Part shown: positions 9,302-21,500 of the stretch, piece by piece
Position numbering within the stretch: the stretch's first letter is position 1
Layout: every line of letters starts with the position of its first letter
Source: Zygophlyctis sp. KS116
Lineage: Eukaryota; Fungi; Chytridiomycota
Length of the DNA: 32,000 bases
Assembly: GCA_054661495.1 (NCBI GenBank)
Contig: BAAFSQ010000027.1
Coordinates: 1-32,000 of the forward strand
Reading direction: 5' to 3'
Translations under genes and position numbers: made by a program
Notes under the pieces: model-generated
The model's input: only the letters and a program-made list of their open reading frames with translations
Told to the model about the DNA's origin: nothing
The model's database searches: none

Positions 9302-12300
9302 GACATGGTTTCATTTACAGATTCGTCGGTAATGTTTTTCATGCGTGCCATCTCCATATCAAAAGATGATGAATCAATCATTTGAGCTAAATCATATTCT
9401 TCAAGTTGATTAGTAGGTAATTTTAGAGGATTTCCTTTATATACACTCTTTAGAGTTCCAATAGTATCAATTAGAGACTGTTTGGTAATTTCATGGACAC
9501 GCTTTAGATCTTGATCTATTAGCCATTCAGCTTCAGGTTCTTGAGGACTAGAATCATAAAGTAGATCTTTAATTAAAGGAGTTTCTAAAAATTATACTGG
9601 GAAATATTACCTGGGACTATATCCTTGGGAGAAGGAAGGGGCTTTTTTGTTATTTTAGTAACTATTGGAGAGATTGGTTTTGATTTTGTAATGTTGGTTT
9701 TTATAGTGTCAGAAACTTGATTTTGAATTTTCAAGTCAATTAAAAGATCTACTCCTTCATCAAGAATAGAATTCTTCAAATTACTTAGGATATTGGCCAA
9801 TGGATAAAGGTTTTCTAAAATTGAAGCTGCATTGATGACTCCAGATATTATTGAAACACTATGACTTAGTTTTTTGTCTTCAAGTCCTCTTCTGGTAGTT
9901 ATCGATAAATGGATCTTGGAAAGAAGCGATTCTAATCCTATCAATACAAAGGATACATTTCTGAAAATTATCTTTGAGTCTTCCTCCCTGGTTATATCTG
10001 GTTTCAAGATTTTCATTTGTACAGATTCTAGCAGTTTCTGTAATGTGTCTTGAGAAGCTTCTTGATCACATCCTTGTAGAGTTTCTTCTAGACCGGAAAA
10101 TAAGTTCTGAAGATATGTTTCTACCTCTTTTTGGCGCTGCTGGACCAATGCGGCATGTTTCTAAAGTCTTTTAAAAAACTAAAATTACCTCTGATTTTGT
10201 AATCAACTCTTTCTTTGCTAATGAAACAGCTTGTTCGAGACTTTCTTCTTTACTTTCAAGAGCAACCAACTTTTTGCTCAGTTTTTCTTGCAAAAGCTTA
10301 TTTTGGGCAATCATATCTTCAAACATAACAATGGATCTATCCTTTGCCTACAAATTAAGATTTTTTAGAAAAATACCTCCAATGCCTGTGCATGTTGCAG
10401 ACTTAAATCATTGATAGCCTTTTGATAGTTCTGCTCATTTTCCAATTTTTCTTGATGGCCGATTCGGACTTTTTCTGAGAGATCTGATATTGTTGCATTT
10501 CGTTCTTTTAGCTTGTTGGATAATTCGATTTCGTTTGATCGCGTTTCATCCAAAAGAAGATTTAGCTCTTTCAAAACTGACGACAAATTTTGTTCTTCCG
10601 TTAAATCTGCTTGTCTCCTTTTTCCATTAAACAATTTAGAAACTAAGGAATTGTAATCTGCGAGTAGCTTTTGATTTAAAGATCTTAGTCCATTCGCATC
10701 GTGAACAGAGTCAGTAAGCTGTGACGATAAAGATTCTAAATCGCTTTCTAGTAAGGATTTGTCAGTTTCAAGGGCTTTAGTTTTTTTCCTTATTTGAGAT
10801 ATTTTTTCTTTGGTCTGCTCCAGCTCAGCTTGAGATCTAATATATTGAGCTTCAAGTGATTTTCTGTCATGTTCACTTGTTTTGAATTGACTTTGCAGAT
10901 GCTCATGATCGCCTTTTAATTTGCTTAAAATCGAATCAATTTTGGCCAGTTTTGATTGAAGTTTTCCCTTCTCATCAGAAATAGAAATAATCTCGTGTTT
11001 CATTTGCTGAATTTGATTTTTAGCTTTTCCAACTTCTTCTTGAGACTGTTCAAAATTCTGTTCGATGAAGTTCTTGACAGATTCTAAGATAGGAATTTGT
11101 TTACTTAATTGTTCTTTTTGGATGGCAATCCTTTCCTTTTCCAATCGATAAGAATCTGCTAATTTATAAGCCTTACTTTGTTCCTCTTGGGAATGCTTGA
11201 AGCTTGATTTCAAAAACATTTTTTCCGAATGTGAAAGCTGTAAGTCTGATTGTAATCTGCTTATCTTTGTCTGATACTTGTCTTTTAATTCCTCTATATT
11301 TAATTCTGTCTGTATTTCCAAATCTCGAACTATGTATTTTACTTGAACATCTGCGTCTTTCAACACTTTTACAGATTGTTCAGTTTGACTGGATACTTGT
11401 CTCATAATATTTTCTGTTTGAGATTCCTTAGTTATAGAATTATTGAAGTTATTCAGTTTTAAGGTCAGTTCTTCAAATGCATTTTTGTAATAGTCTCGTT
11501 GACCAATTATATTGACAATATTTTTTGCCTCACTCTCAGATGATTCTACTGAAGAATTAACATCCAATATTTTCGCAAATCCTGAATTTAAAAAATAAAA
11601 ACTTACCTTCTTCAATTAATGATTGAACACTTGGACTCGGTTTAATGGCAGACCCATCGTATTGAGTCTTGAGATAGCTTTTAAACTTTTCGTTAGCTTC
11701 TACAATTTGATAAAGAGAGGCCGATTCTTGAGATAGACCAAACATTCTATTTGCATAACTGATTATATTATCCACAGATAAAATATTATTGCAAATTTTG
11801 GAAGAGTGGATTTCAGACAGATTCGTGCAAGATTCTTTACATAGACCCACTTCGGCAGAAAGATATTGAATGATGACCTGTAATGCATCAACAAAAATTT
11901 CATATCCAATTTGAACAAAATATATGACCTCTTTACTGAGATTTTCAGTATTTACTGAAGTCAATTGAACTATGTCGGCCTTCAATCTAGATTCGATTTC
12001 TTTATAATCGTTGAGAATCTTGAGTATTCGTTCCTTCTCCTCCACGGTTTTTTCAATCGTTATATGTTCAATTTTATCCAACGATTTGATTCTTAATTTA
12101 ATTTTAAAATCTTGCAATTCATGCGATAAAAGCTGGTTTTGTTTTGATAAATGATTATTCGAAATTTTCAATTGATCAATCGTTTTGTTCATTTCAGTAT
12201 TTTCAAATATAAATATTTGACACTTTGTTTCTAATTTATCTTTTTCACATTCTAATTTTTCCAAAACACTCTTTAGCTTGCGTTTGAATTTCATACTTTC

Positions 12301-15300
12301 ACGTAGAGAAATGCTTTCCTCATCTTTGGCCTGCAATTCCAAGAGATTGTTCATTATTACCTCCAAATCTTCTCTTTCTTTTTTGTATTGCTCAATTTTT
12401 GCAGAAGAATCACCAATTATAAGTTCTTGATCAGCAATAATATTTTCTTTGGCAAGATCTCTGGCTCGAGACTCGTGCCTGAGAATTTCCAGCTCTTGAA
12501 CTAGATTCTCTTCCTTTTCAATAAATTCTTGAGATAATCTCTCAAGATCATCCGAAAGGTTTGAAATCGCGTCTGAATGCGATTGATTCATCATCTTCAC
12601 AGTTTCATCCCTTAAAGTATTCAGTTCTTTAATCCTAGCTTCGTATCCATCCTTTATGCTTACAAAGGCCATTTCATCTAAAATACGATTCTCATCGTTC
12701 TGTGAAATTAGAAATTGAATTGTGCGAGAGAGTTTCGACATGACTGCATCGTCATAATAGTTTTCGGCGGATGGTAGTGTCTTGAAATTTGAGTTACTGG
12801 GTAGAGCAGCAACTATATCACTAAGTGATTCATCGCAAATGTTTTTGTATTCAGAGCGAAGATGAGATTCTGCATCTTTACGAATGACTTGAAAGTTTTC
12901 TTTTGCTTCCTCTAATTGACTTATGTTAGATTTTATCTTTTTTATGCTTTCTTTCATAGATTCTTCTTTTCCATTCAAAATTAAGAATTCGGTATCGAAA
13001 GAGAAGTTTAAAATTTTCAGCTGCGAGTTATATAATTCAGAGACACTATTATGATTCTTTTTTAGTTTTTCTAAAGAAATCTCGAATGCCTTCTCGAGCT
13101 TCGTTTTTGAACTAACCAAAGAGTCAAGTGCTTTTTCGAAATTTTGAAGATTATGAAATAATTCAGATTCCCGCGCATGAAGAGATTCAACATCTTTATG
13201 GTATTCACTGTTAAATCTGTTCATTTGAATTCTTAAAAAGTTTTTCTGGTATTCCTCTTCTTTCCTATGACTATCGAGCGCATGATCCAAATGATTTTTC
13301 TGATCTTTCAGAGCGTTTAAAGAGTTAACTTGATTAGATATTTCTTCTTTGATTTTTTTTTCGTAATTATTCATATCATCTAGCTCTGCTCTGTGTTTTT
13401 CATCGATCTCGCTAAATACATCTTCATAATTATAATTTTCCATTTTGTTTTGAAGAGAGTGTAATTTTTGAATAAATGACTTCTTTTTATTACATTTCTC
13501 CGTTGCCAATTCAGACAGCTGCTCAGAAAGTTTCGAAAGATTAGCTGATTCAATTGCCTTTCGTTTAGAAACTGCGGACAGCTTCTTTTCTAATTCTTTT
13601 ATTTCTGAATGATTTATTTTGATCGCAGGCGGTGGTATATCAGGCAAAGGATCTCTGTTTTCTCCTTGTGGCGCTTTATGTAATATGATTGGTATATGAA
13701 GAAAGTCCTTTGATTCACTGAAAAGACTTTGTAACTTTGTCAGCTTTTGATTTAAAACAGCCACTTCCATGTTAATTGACACATTCTGTGCTTGTTCCTG
13801 GTGAAGATTTCCTTTTAGAATACTGTTTTCACGTATCATCATACTAAGACGTTGACTGGATCCTTCATATTCTACCCGTAAATCAGATAAAGCTTTTTCA
13901 AGCGATATAGTACGATTTTTAATAGATTTCATTTGCATTTTTGAGTTTTCTAATTCTTCACTCATCCGATCATTGAGATCTGATAAATCGCTTAAATTTT
14001 CCTTTAAATTTATCTCCTTATACTGAGATTTCATCAACTCTCCTTGTTGCGCAACCAATTTTGTATCCAGCGATAGATTAAGATCCTCGAGATTCTTCAT
14101 GGCAGATCTTCCTTCACTTAGCTGTTGATTAAGTGACAGGTTACGCTCGCCAGATGTAGTCAATTCTTTCTCCAGACTTTGAATACTGTATTCAGACTGT
14201 TCAAGTTTCAAATTGAGCGTATCAGCAAAAGCTTTATGTTCTTCCTCCAGCTTCTGATAGGCTGCATTAGATTCATCAAGCTGCCGATTGAGTGACTGGT
14301 TTATAGCAGCAGATCGACTAAGCTCCTGATTCAATGACTGGTTAGCAGCAGTAATCTCGTAAAGTTTACTTTCAAAATTCTGTATGGCAGATTGAGATTC
14401 GGTGAATTGGACATTCAAATACTGATTTTGGTCCATGGAATCTTTAAGCTGATTTTCTAGGCTCTGTACATCAACTTCATATTTCTTGGTCTGCAGTACA
14501 AGTGATTGAATATGATCAGTTGCAGCTTTAAGCTCGTCCTGTATGACTTTTATGTTACTTTCGTATTCCTTAAGCTGATGATTAAGTGACAGGTTACGCT
14601 CGCCAGATGTAGTCAATTCTTTCTCCAGACTTTGAATACTGTATTCAGACTGTTCAAGTTTCAAATTGAGCGTATCAGCAAAAGCTTTATGTTCTTCCTC
14701 CAGCTTCTGATAGGCTGCATTAGATTCATCAAGCTGCCGATTGAGTGATTGAGTAACATCTGCATTCTCTCTCAATCTATTCTCGAGATTTTGTATTGTA
14801 GATTTAAATTCGGTGAACTGAATACTCAAATACTGATTTTGCTCTATGGAAGCCTTTAATTCATCATCCAACTTCTGTATAGTATTCGAATATTCATGAA
14901 GCTGTACAGTTAGGTGTTCCTTACGCACGGTGGAGATATTTAATTCGTTATCAAGCTTCTGGACTATTTCTTGCAGATTATGTAACTGATCTTGTATTTG
15001 TTGAGTTAGCAATTCTTTTTGACAAATATCATTTTTCAAATAATTATTTTTTTCCTGGGATTCATCAGCTTGAATAGTAAGAGCCCGATTGATTTCAATT
15101 CTTTCATTTAATTCAGTTTTGAAATAGTACAATTGATCATTTAAATCCTGAACTGTTAAATTAGATTGATCAACATTGTGTGAGAGAATTTGGGTCGTTC
15201 TAGTTTGATCGATTAGAGCGGTATTCATTTCGTTCAGTTGAACCTGTAAATTCTGATTTTTGGTATTAGCAACTTGAATGGTTCTAAGAAGATCCATGTT

Positions 15301-18300
15301 AGCTTTCGTTTTTTCACGGAATTCTGAATCTACCTTTTTGAATTTATCTTCCAATTTTCTGATAATTTTATATGCCTCTTCAAGCTTGCTATTAAGAGAC
15401 TTATTTATTTCCAACTTGTCAAATAGCCTATTGTCAAGCTTCTTAAACTCTATTTGAAGGCTCGCTAAGCAACCAGTGAGCTCTTCATTTACAATTAAAT
15501 AGTCCTGCTCCTCTGCCTGTGTTTCTAAAAATATATCATAAATGGCAGAATTTTCTTTTATAGATGATTCATTAACCCCTTTTAAAGTTTTTATCTCCTT
15601 TAAAAGTATATCATTCTTCTTTACAAAATCATTCTTAAGATTTTCTAGGGCCAGATTACTTTCAAGTGCTTCCTGGAGTGACTGAATTAATTCAGATTTT
15701 TCTTTCAGCGTGTTAGATTCCTCATTTGCCATTTTCATTATTTCTTTTTGTGAGCCTTCATATGCAATTTCAAAGTGTTGTAGCTTAGTCCTTACATTTG
15801 ATAGCTCGTTCGTCATCTTCATTTTTTCTGAATCTAACATATTGTTGATTCGTTGAAGGTTAGAAAGCTCATCACTCAGCCTTCTAATTTCAATCCAGAG
15901 CTTATTTTTGTCAATATTTCCATGAGTATTTTCAGATAATGCAGCCTGTGTGGCCACCGAGGCAACGTTTTTAAATTCATCAATCATAGAGAGTTCTGAA
16001 ATTTTAGAATTTACATCATCTTTCAATGACGCTAGTTCAATCTTTAACTTTTCGTTTTCACAATTAAGTTCTTCGATTTTACTCTTCGCAAGTAAGAGCT
16101 CTTCAGCAATAATCATATTATCAGTAGCATCCGTAATTTCATCACCAAGAGTTTTAAAGTCTGCCGTTTTAGCCTTTCCAGAAACCAATGGCTTCTGGCA
16201 TATTCTTTGAAGGGTGCCTTTCACATTCTTTAATTCTTTAAGGGATTGTTCAGCAAAGAAAACCTGTTCCGAGAGCTTGTTATGATCACTTGGCTGGCCG
16301 AATATGATTTTAGAATCCATACTTTCTACCGTTGTATTCATCTTAGTAAGTTCTTCCTCCATATTTTTATCTGATAAACTAGCTTCTGAATCTCCCAATA
16401 ATGGCAATTTTACAATTTCGATATTCTTCTGAATTTCAAAGCTATTTATCATCGAACCATGCTCAAAAGTGTGATTCTCGGAATACGGAGCCGGTTCAAT
16501 CTTTTTAAATGATTTTTTGAATGCTGAAATCTTGGAAGATAACGAATTTGAATCACTATTTGACAACAGGTCGACTTGAGAAACAGATCTAAATTTAAGT
16601 TCTGCTATTTGCAACCGCAAATCGTAGTTCATTTCTTCCAATATGCGAATCTTTGATTTTAACGCAGCATTCACTGAGTCTCTGGTTAATTCGTGATTTA
16701 CTATAGGATCTTGTAACCGGGAAGCTTTCAATTCCAATTCGCCAACCTTTTCTTGTAATACTGAATTTTGTTCAATTAAGAAGATATTAGAGTCTTGAAC
16801 CAGATTGAAATTTTTAAAATCTAATGTATTCGGAGATACTTTTGCTCTATCAGATGGCGATGGATTATTCTGATTTAAGTCTTCCTTAAGTTGCATTATT
16901 TCATTTTCCTTTTGCTGTGCATAAGCAAAGAAGGAATGATGATATGCTGATTTATCATCTGTAAAAATTGAAATATTATCTACATTTCTGCCAGGGAATG
17001 CCGAAGCAATCAAAGAGTCAATCATTAAGAATGGCTCAAACTTTAAAGCTCCAGGGACCAATATACCCGAGTCTTCCTCAAAAACATCTGCATATAGCTG
17101 CTTATAAATATTAGAATTGTACAGGGATGGATTAATGTCTATAATTTAAAGAAACAATATTACCTATTTTTTTAATAGCATTATGTCCCGATGAATTTAA
17201 AATAGTTACTAAAAGGCCCTGAATGAATTTTGAATCGTCTATAATCTGTAAAATTCTACTTGATATAGGCTGAGTAAAGCAAACGTTTTTAGGTACTGAC
17301 CCAGTAAAGTTTGTATTTTCCACATTAACAAAAAATGCCGACATGTCTACGGTAAATTCTTTCAGCTTTTTTGTAGAAACAACTGGAAGATCCAATTCAT
17401 CAAATATTTCATGGATTTGAATCAAATTTGATTTCTGCTCTGATATAAACCTTTCTAGACATATATCACGCTCAACTCTTTTTAGATGTTCATTTTCCAA
17501 TTCGACATAAGTTACCCATAGTATATCTTGAGCTTTTTCATACGAGTTAAAGATAGATGCAGACAAAAAAGACAAATATTTGTTCCATTCTCTCAAATCT
17601 GCCATTTTATGATCTGTAACAGCTTTAAGATCCTGTATTTGAGATATTAAACGATTTTGATGAGCTTCATTCAACCTCATATATTCAGAAATCTATAATT
17701 TTAGTATATTTCTTATACCTGACTAGCCATCACACTTTTTTCAATTTGTAGTAACTTGTTTTCTTGCTGCAATTCCCTAAATTTGATTTTTGTGGTCTAC
17801 TTTGTTATTTTTACAATTTATTACATCATTTTCTTCTTGTTTTTCTAAAAGAGATTGTACATTTTGCTCTAATTCCACGACTCTTCGTGCCATTTTTAGA
17901 GATTCCTGCTGAATCTGCAGAGATATTGAACAATTTAAGCATTTTTCATCCTTTGGAATTTTATTCAAGTTTCTAATTTCTTGATTTCTTTCAGCAATTA
18001 AAATCCGGGCATCATTTAGTTTTTCTTTCAAGTCTTTTAGAGATTCATCTTTTTCCAGAGACATTTGACTTAAATCCTTGATGAGAGAAGCATTTATTCC
18101 ATTTAACCTTTGAATTTCCAGTTTATCCATGTCTACTTGAGCCAATAATTGAGCATTAGTTTCTGCCAAAGAGAATAAATCTTGTGGAATATTTAAAGAC
18201 TTGCTAGCTTGTTCTTGCGCCAATTGGACTTGAGTTTTTCTTAATAAAAAGTTTTGACTCTGAAACTCCATTTGAAGCTTTAGGAATTGAGACTTGAATT

Positions 18301-18343
18301 CTGCTTCTATCCTATTATTTACATCAAATTGAATAGTCTCCAT
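9274..18343 (-). CDS. Giant coiled-coil protein, ~2960 aa, 8 exons (unknown family)
   Basis: Introns 17797-17824, 17693-17718, 17139-17163, 11582-11606, 10348-10376, 10161-10188 and 9585-9610 join five ORF-track pieces and three unlisted exons into one frame (8883 nt). Rich in E/K/L/Q/N heptads; stop TAA at 9276-9274. Confidence 0.82.
14126..14748. repeat. Exact 170-bp intragenic duplication (14126-14295 = 14579-14748), offset 453 nt (151 codons)
   Basis: Identical DNA copies encoding SLNRQLDESNAAYQKLEEEHKAFADTLNLKLEQSEYSIQSLEKELTTSGERNLSLN. Confidence 0.97.
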
Positions 18344-18596
18344 CTTTACAAGATTTTGTGACGTATTTAAGTAAATTCGGACGAAAATTCCCGATTTAAT
18401 TTCGGACTCTCAAATACTAGTCTAGTTGGGATGATTAGTAGAGGTTACATGTGTCTCAATTGGACTCGTGGAAGGGATTGACTCTCAAAAACAAAAACTA
18501 ATCTCAATAACAAATGTAAAACTTGGAAATTTGAAATGTCTAGGTTAATCACGGGAGTTTGGGTTTTCGACAATTTAAGCTTTTTATAAACCCGAA

Positions 18597-21500
18597 ATGA
18601 TTCTGGAAACTATTCCAATCTTTCAAAGTTCTTGCTGTGATAATTTGGAGATTCCCCTTCTTATTTCTTCTCCTGAATTGCACGCATCTATCTGCTGTCA
18701 GAATGTGTGTTTTTGTTTGGTGAGTCAGGGCCAAAGAGTTTCAAAAATCAGACTTAATCCAGGGGTAAGAGGAGGGTCATGGGCCAGTACTGTGTTAATT
18801 TGTTTTTCGGACACTGAAATTCAGGCACACAAGATTGTAAATTTGGAAATATCGAAATCATCAACCTTTGCATCATCAATGCATCCAATCCTCCATATTC
18901 AGGTACTGGATTTTTCAGACTCTTCAAATTTTTGTTTTTTAATTTACAATAACTGTAAAATAACTCTTGCGCAGTGTAACGAAAATTTAGAAATCATTGA
19001 AATTGGTTCTTATTACTCATCAGAACCTATAATAGGGATCACAGCCTTGTCAGAAACAAGAATGTTGATTTTTAAATCAAATTCATCTATAGAAATTTCA
19101 ACTAGTCAATTTAGGAAAACCTCAAAATGGTTTTATAATAGTAATGCTATCATAGTATCATCGGATATTTATGATGATGTAGGAGTTTGGGTTGATGAAA
19201 CTGGTTTAGTGAGTTTTAGACATGGAAATGTTTTAAAGACGATGGATTCAAAAAAAGTGGGCGATTATTTGGGAGTTAAAAGCACGTTTTTAGTCAATCA
19301 AGTTTGGTTTTTCTCTAAGAACTGTATTGTATTCAAGTTTGAAAATGGGATGGTGGGGCTTATAGAGTTAGACGAGGTAAAAATTTAGAACTAAGATGTT
19401 AGAATTTTTCTTTAACCAATATAGAACTTTCACAATCATTCTTTCCGCTCTCAAATATACAGGTTCTACGGGATGATCAAATTCTTGTTCTTGATGTTAA
19501 AAGTAAGATTGTAAGAGACAATACTGTTCAAAGTTACCCTCTATTTCAAGAATACTTTCTCTGGATTTTACGTATTTTGGCATTGATTTTTCCCATTTTT
19601 ATGGAGTATTTTAAACCATTTAGTGGATATAAGATAGAATGTTTAGAAAGTGATGATTGTGTAATGGAGTTAACAACTGTTATCAAACTTTCACCGCTGG
19701 AAAATCTTCAACGCCGGCTTTTGTTTCAAGAATATCCCAAAGCTCTTGAAATCGCTTTAAATCACTCTCTTGATACTGATTTAGTCTACAAAACACAAAT
19801 TAAAGATATGATTAGTTTGAAGCATCATATCAGTTTTCTCAAGATAGAACCTATTCTGGATAAGGTCAATGATAGAAAATGGCTGATGGATTTTTGTTTG
19901 TTGCCGGCAAATAGTGCCGCTCTTACCCGTTCCCTTTTGGATTATATAATTTTGCAAACAAAGGACTTGAGTCAGAGAGACATTGACCAAGAAATCGATG
20001 CATTCTTTGAAGGTAGAAAATATGAAACATCTCTACCAATCTCACCTGCTGCCGCTTTGCGCTTTCGTGTAGAATCATTATGTAGGATTGATAAGCTTGA
20101 TCTTTATGAAGCATTGTATTCTGGTTCATTTCAAGATTTTTCTTTTAATTCAAAATTAAATACTTTTTATAGTAGATCATATCTGGATATTTCCCAAGAG
20201 TTGGCTTCTAAAGGGAAGTGTTCTGCTTTGAATCTTATTTTTTCTCGTTTCTATGGTCAAGCTTCACCATATAGATTTCAAATTCTTGATAAAATACCAG
20301 ATGATGTCAAAATCAGTGATTATGAAGATTTGATCCCCAAGATAGGTCATGACGGCTATGAAGTAGAGATACTACCATTATCGTATTTTCGCAAGAGGGA
20401 CTGGGTTGAAAGGAATGAAATTATTGATTTTTTGCGTCTTTTGGATGAAATATTAATCGCCGAAATTCAAAAAGACAACGATTTACCAGCTACTCGTAAT
20501 GATTGGCTAGACTGGTTTAAAAAGCGGATAGCAAGAATGGAGCACATTAGCAAAAGAAATGCGTTGGAATTAGCAAATTTAGCCATAGCAAGAGGATTTG
20601 AATCCGAGTGTACGATAATTAGGGACCGCCTAAATCTGTTGGAGAAAATCAGCTCATCAGATTTCGCCGAAAAATTAAGTGAAGTTGACCTTATGGCTCT
20701 AGAGACATTTCCTCCTCATGACCTACTTCGTAGCTTCATGATACTTGCAGATTTGAATGGAATCGAAGAACTTTTCTCTGTTATAATTGTTCCTTTCTTA
20801 GCCATTATTGAACAACCATTTCAATTATTAAGAAATGTGCTCATAGAAATCAGCTCAAAAGATCTTTCTTTATTAGCCAAGCTTTCCAACGGTCAAACTA
20901 TACAATCACTAAAAGACTTTGCATCAATAGATGATCTGAAACTTTTACTGATGGATTGTGCGTTGGCATGTAATCTGAATGATTCTTACGAAAACCTTGA
21001 TTTAATATTAAATTGCCTTCTGTCGTCATTTGAAATTCGCGATGAAAATAAAAATGATTGGGACATCGGCGAGGAAGGTGAACACGTAGATCCCATTTCA
21101 GATGTTTCTGATGATATCAAAAAGAGGGTCAATTGCTTCGCTGCATATGTAAAGGCTAAGAATACTTTCAGTCTATATAACATTGAAAAACCTTTAAAAT
21201 GGTTTTCTGTGGACCTTAAAACTACAACACGGCAGGAACAGATTATCGGTGAACTTTTTCAAAACGCAGTGGCACTTAACTCTGATTGGGCAAAACTTCT
21301 TAATCAATTGGATGAACTGAATCAAGACGGTATCTTACCCCATCTTTCCAGAACAAAAATGTATGCGGATGCTTTGAAAATTATATTGCGTGATGGAAAA
21401 ATCACTCTTGCAAAAAAAATTGCATTCCCTTCTTCAGGGTCTCCCCCTATTCCGATGCAGGACTTGGAGACGATCGTTTTGGATTCTGCCCGAGATTTCT

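Noticed and set aside
11557-17061. SMC or myosin assignment for the giant coiled-coil ORF
   Set aside because: No Walker A/B, hinge or motor-domain motifs seen.
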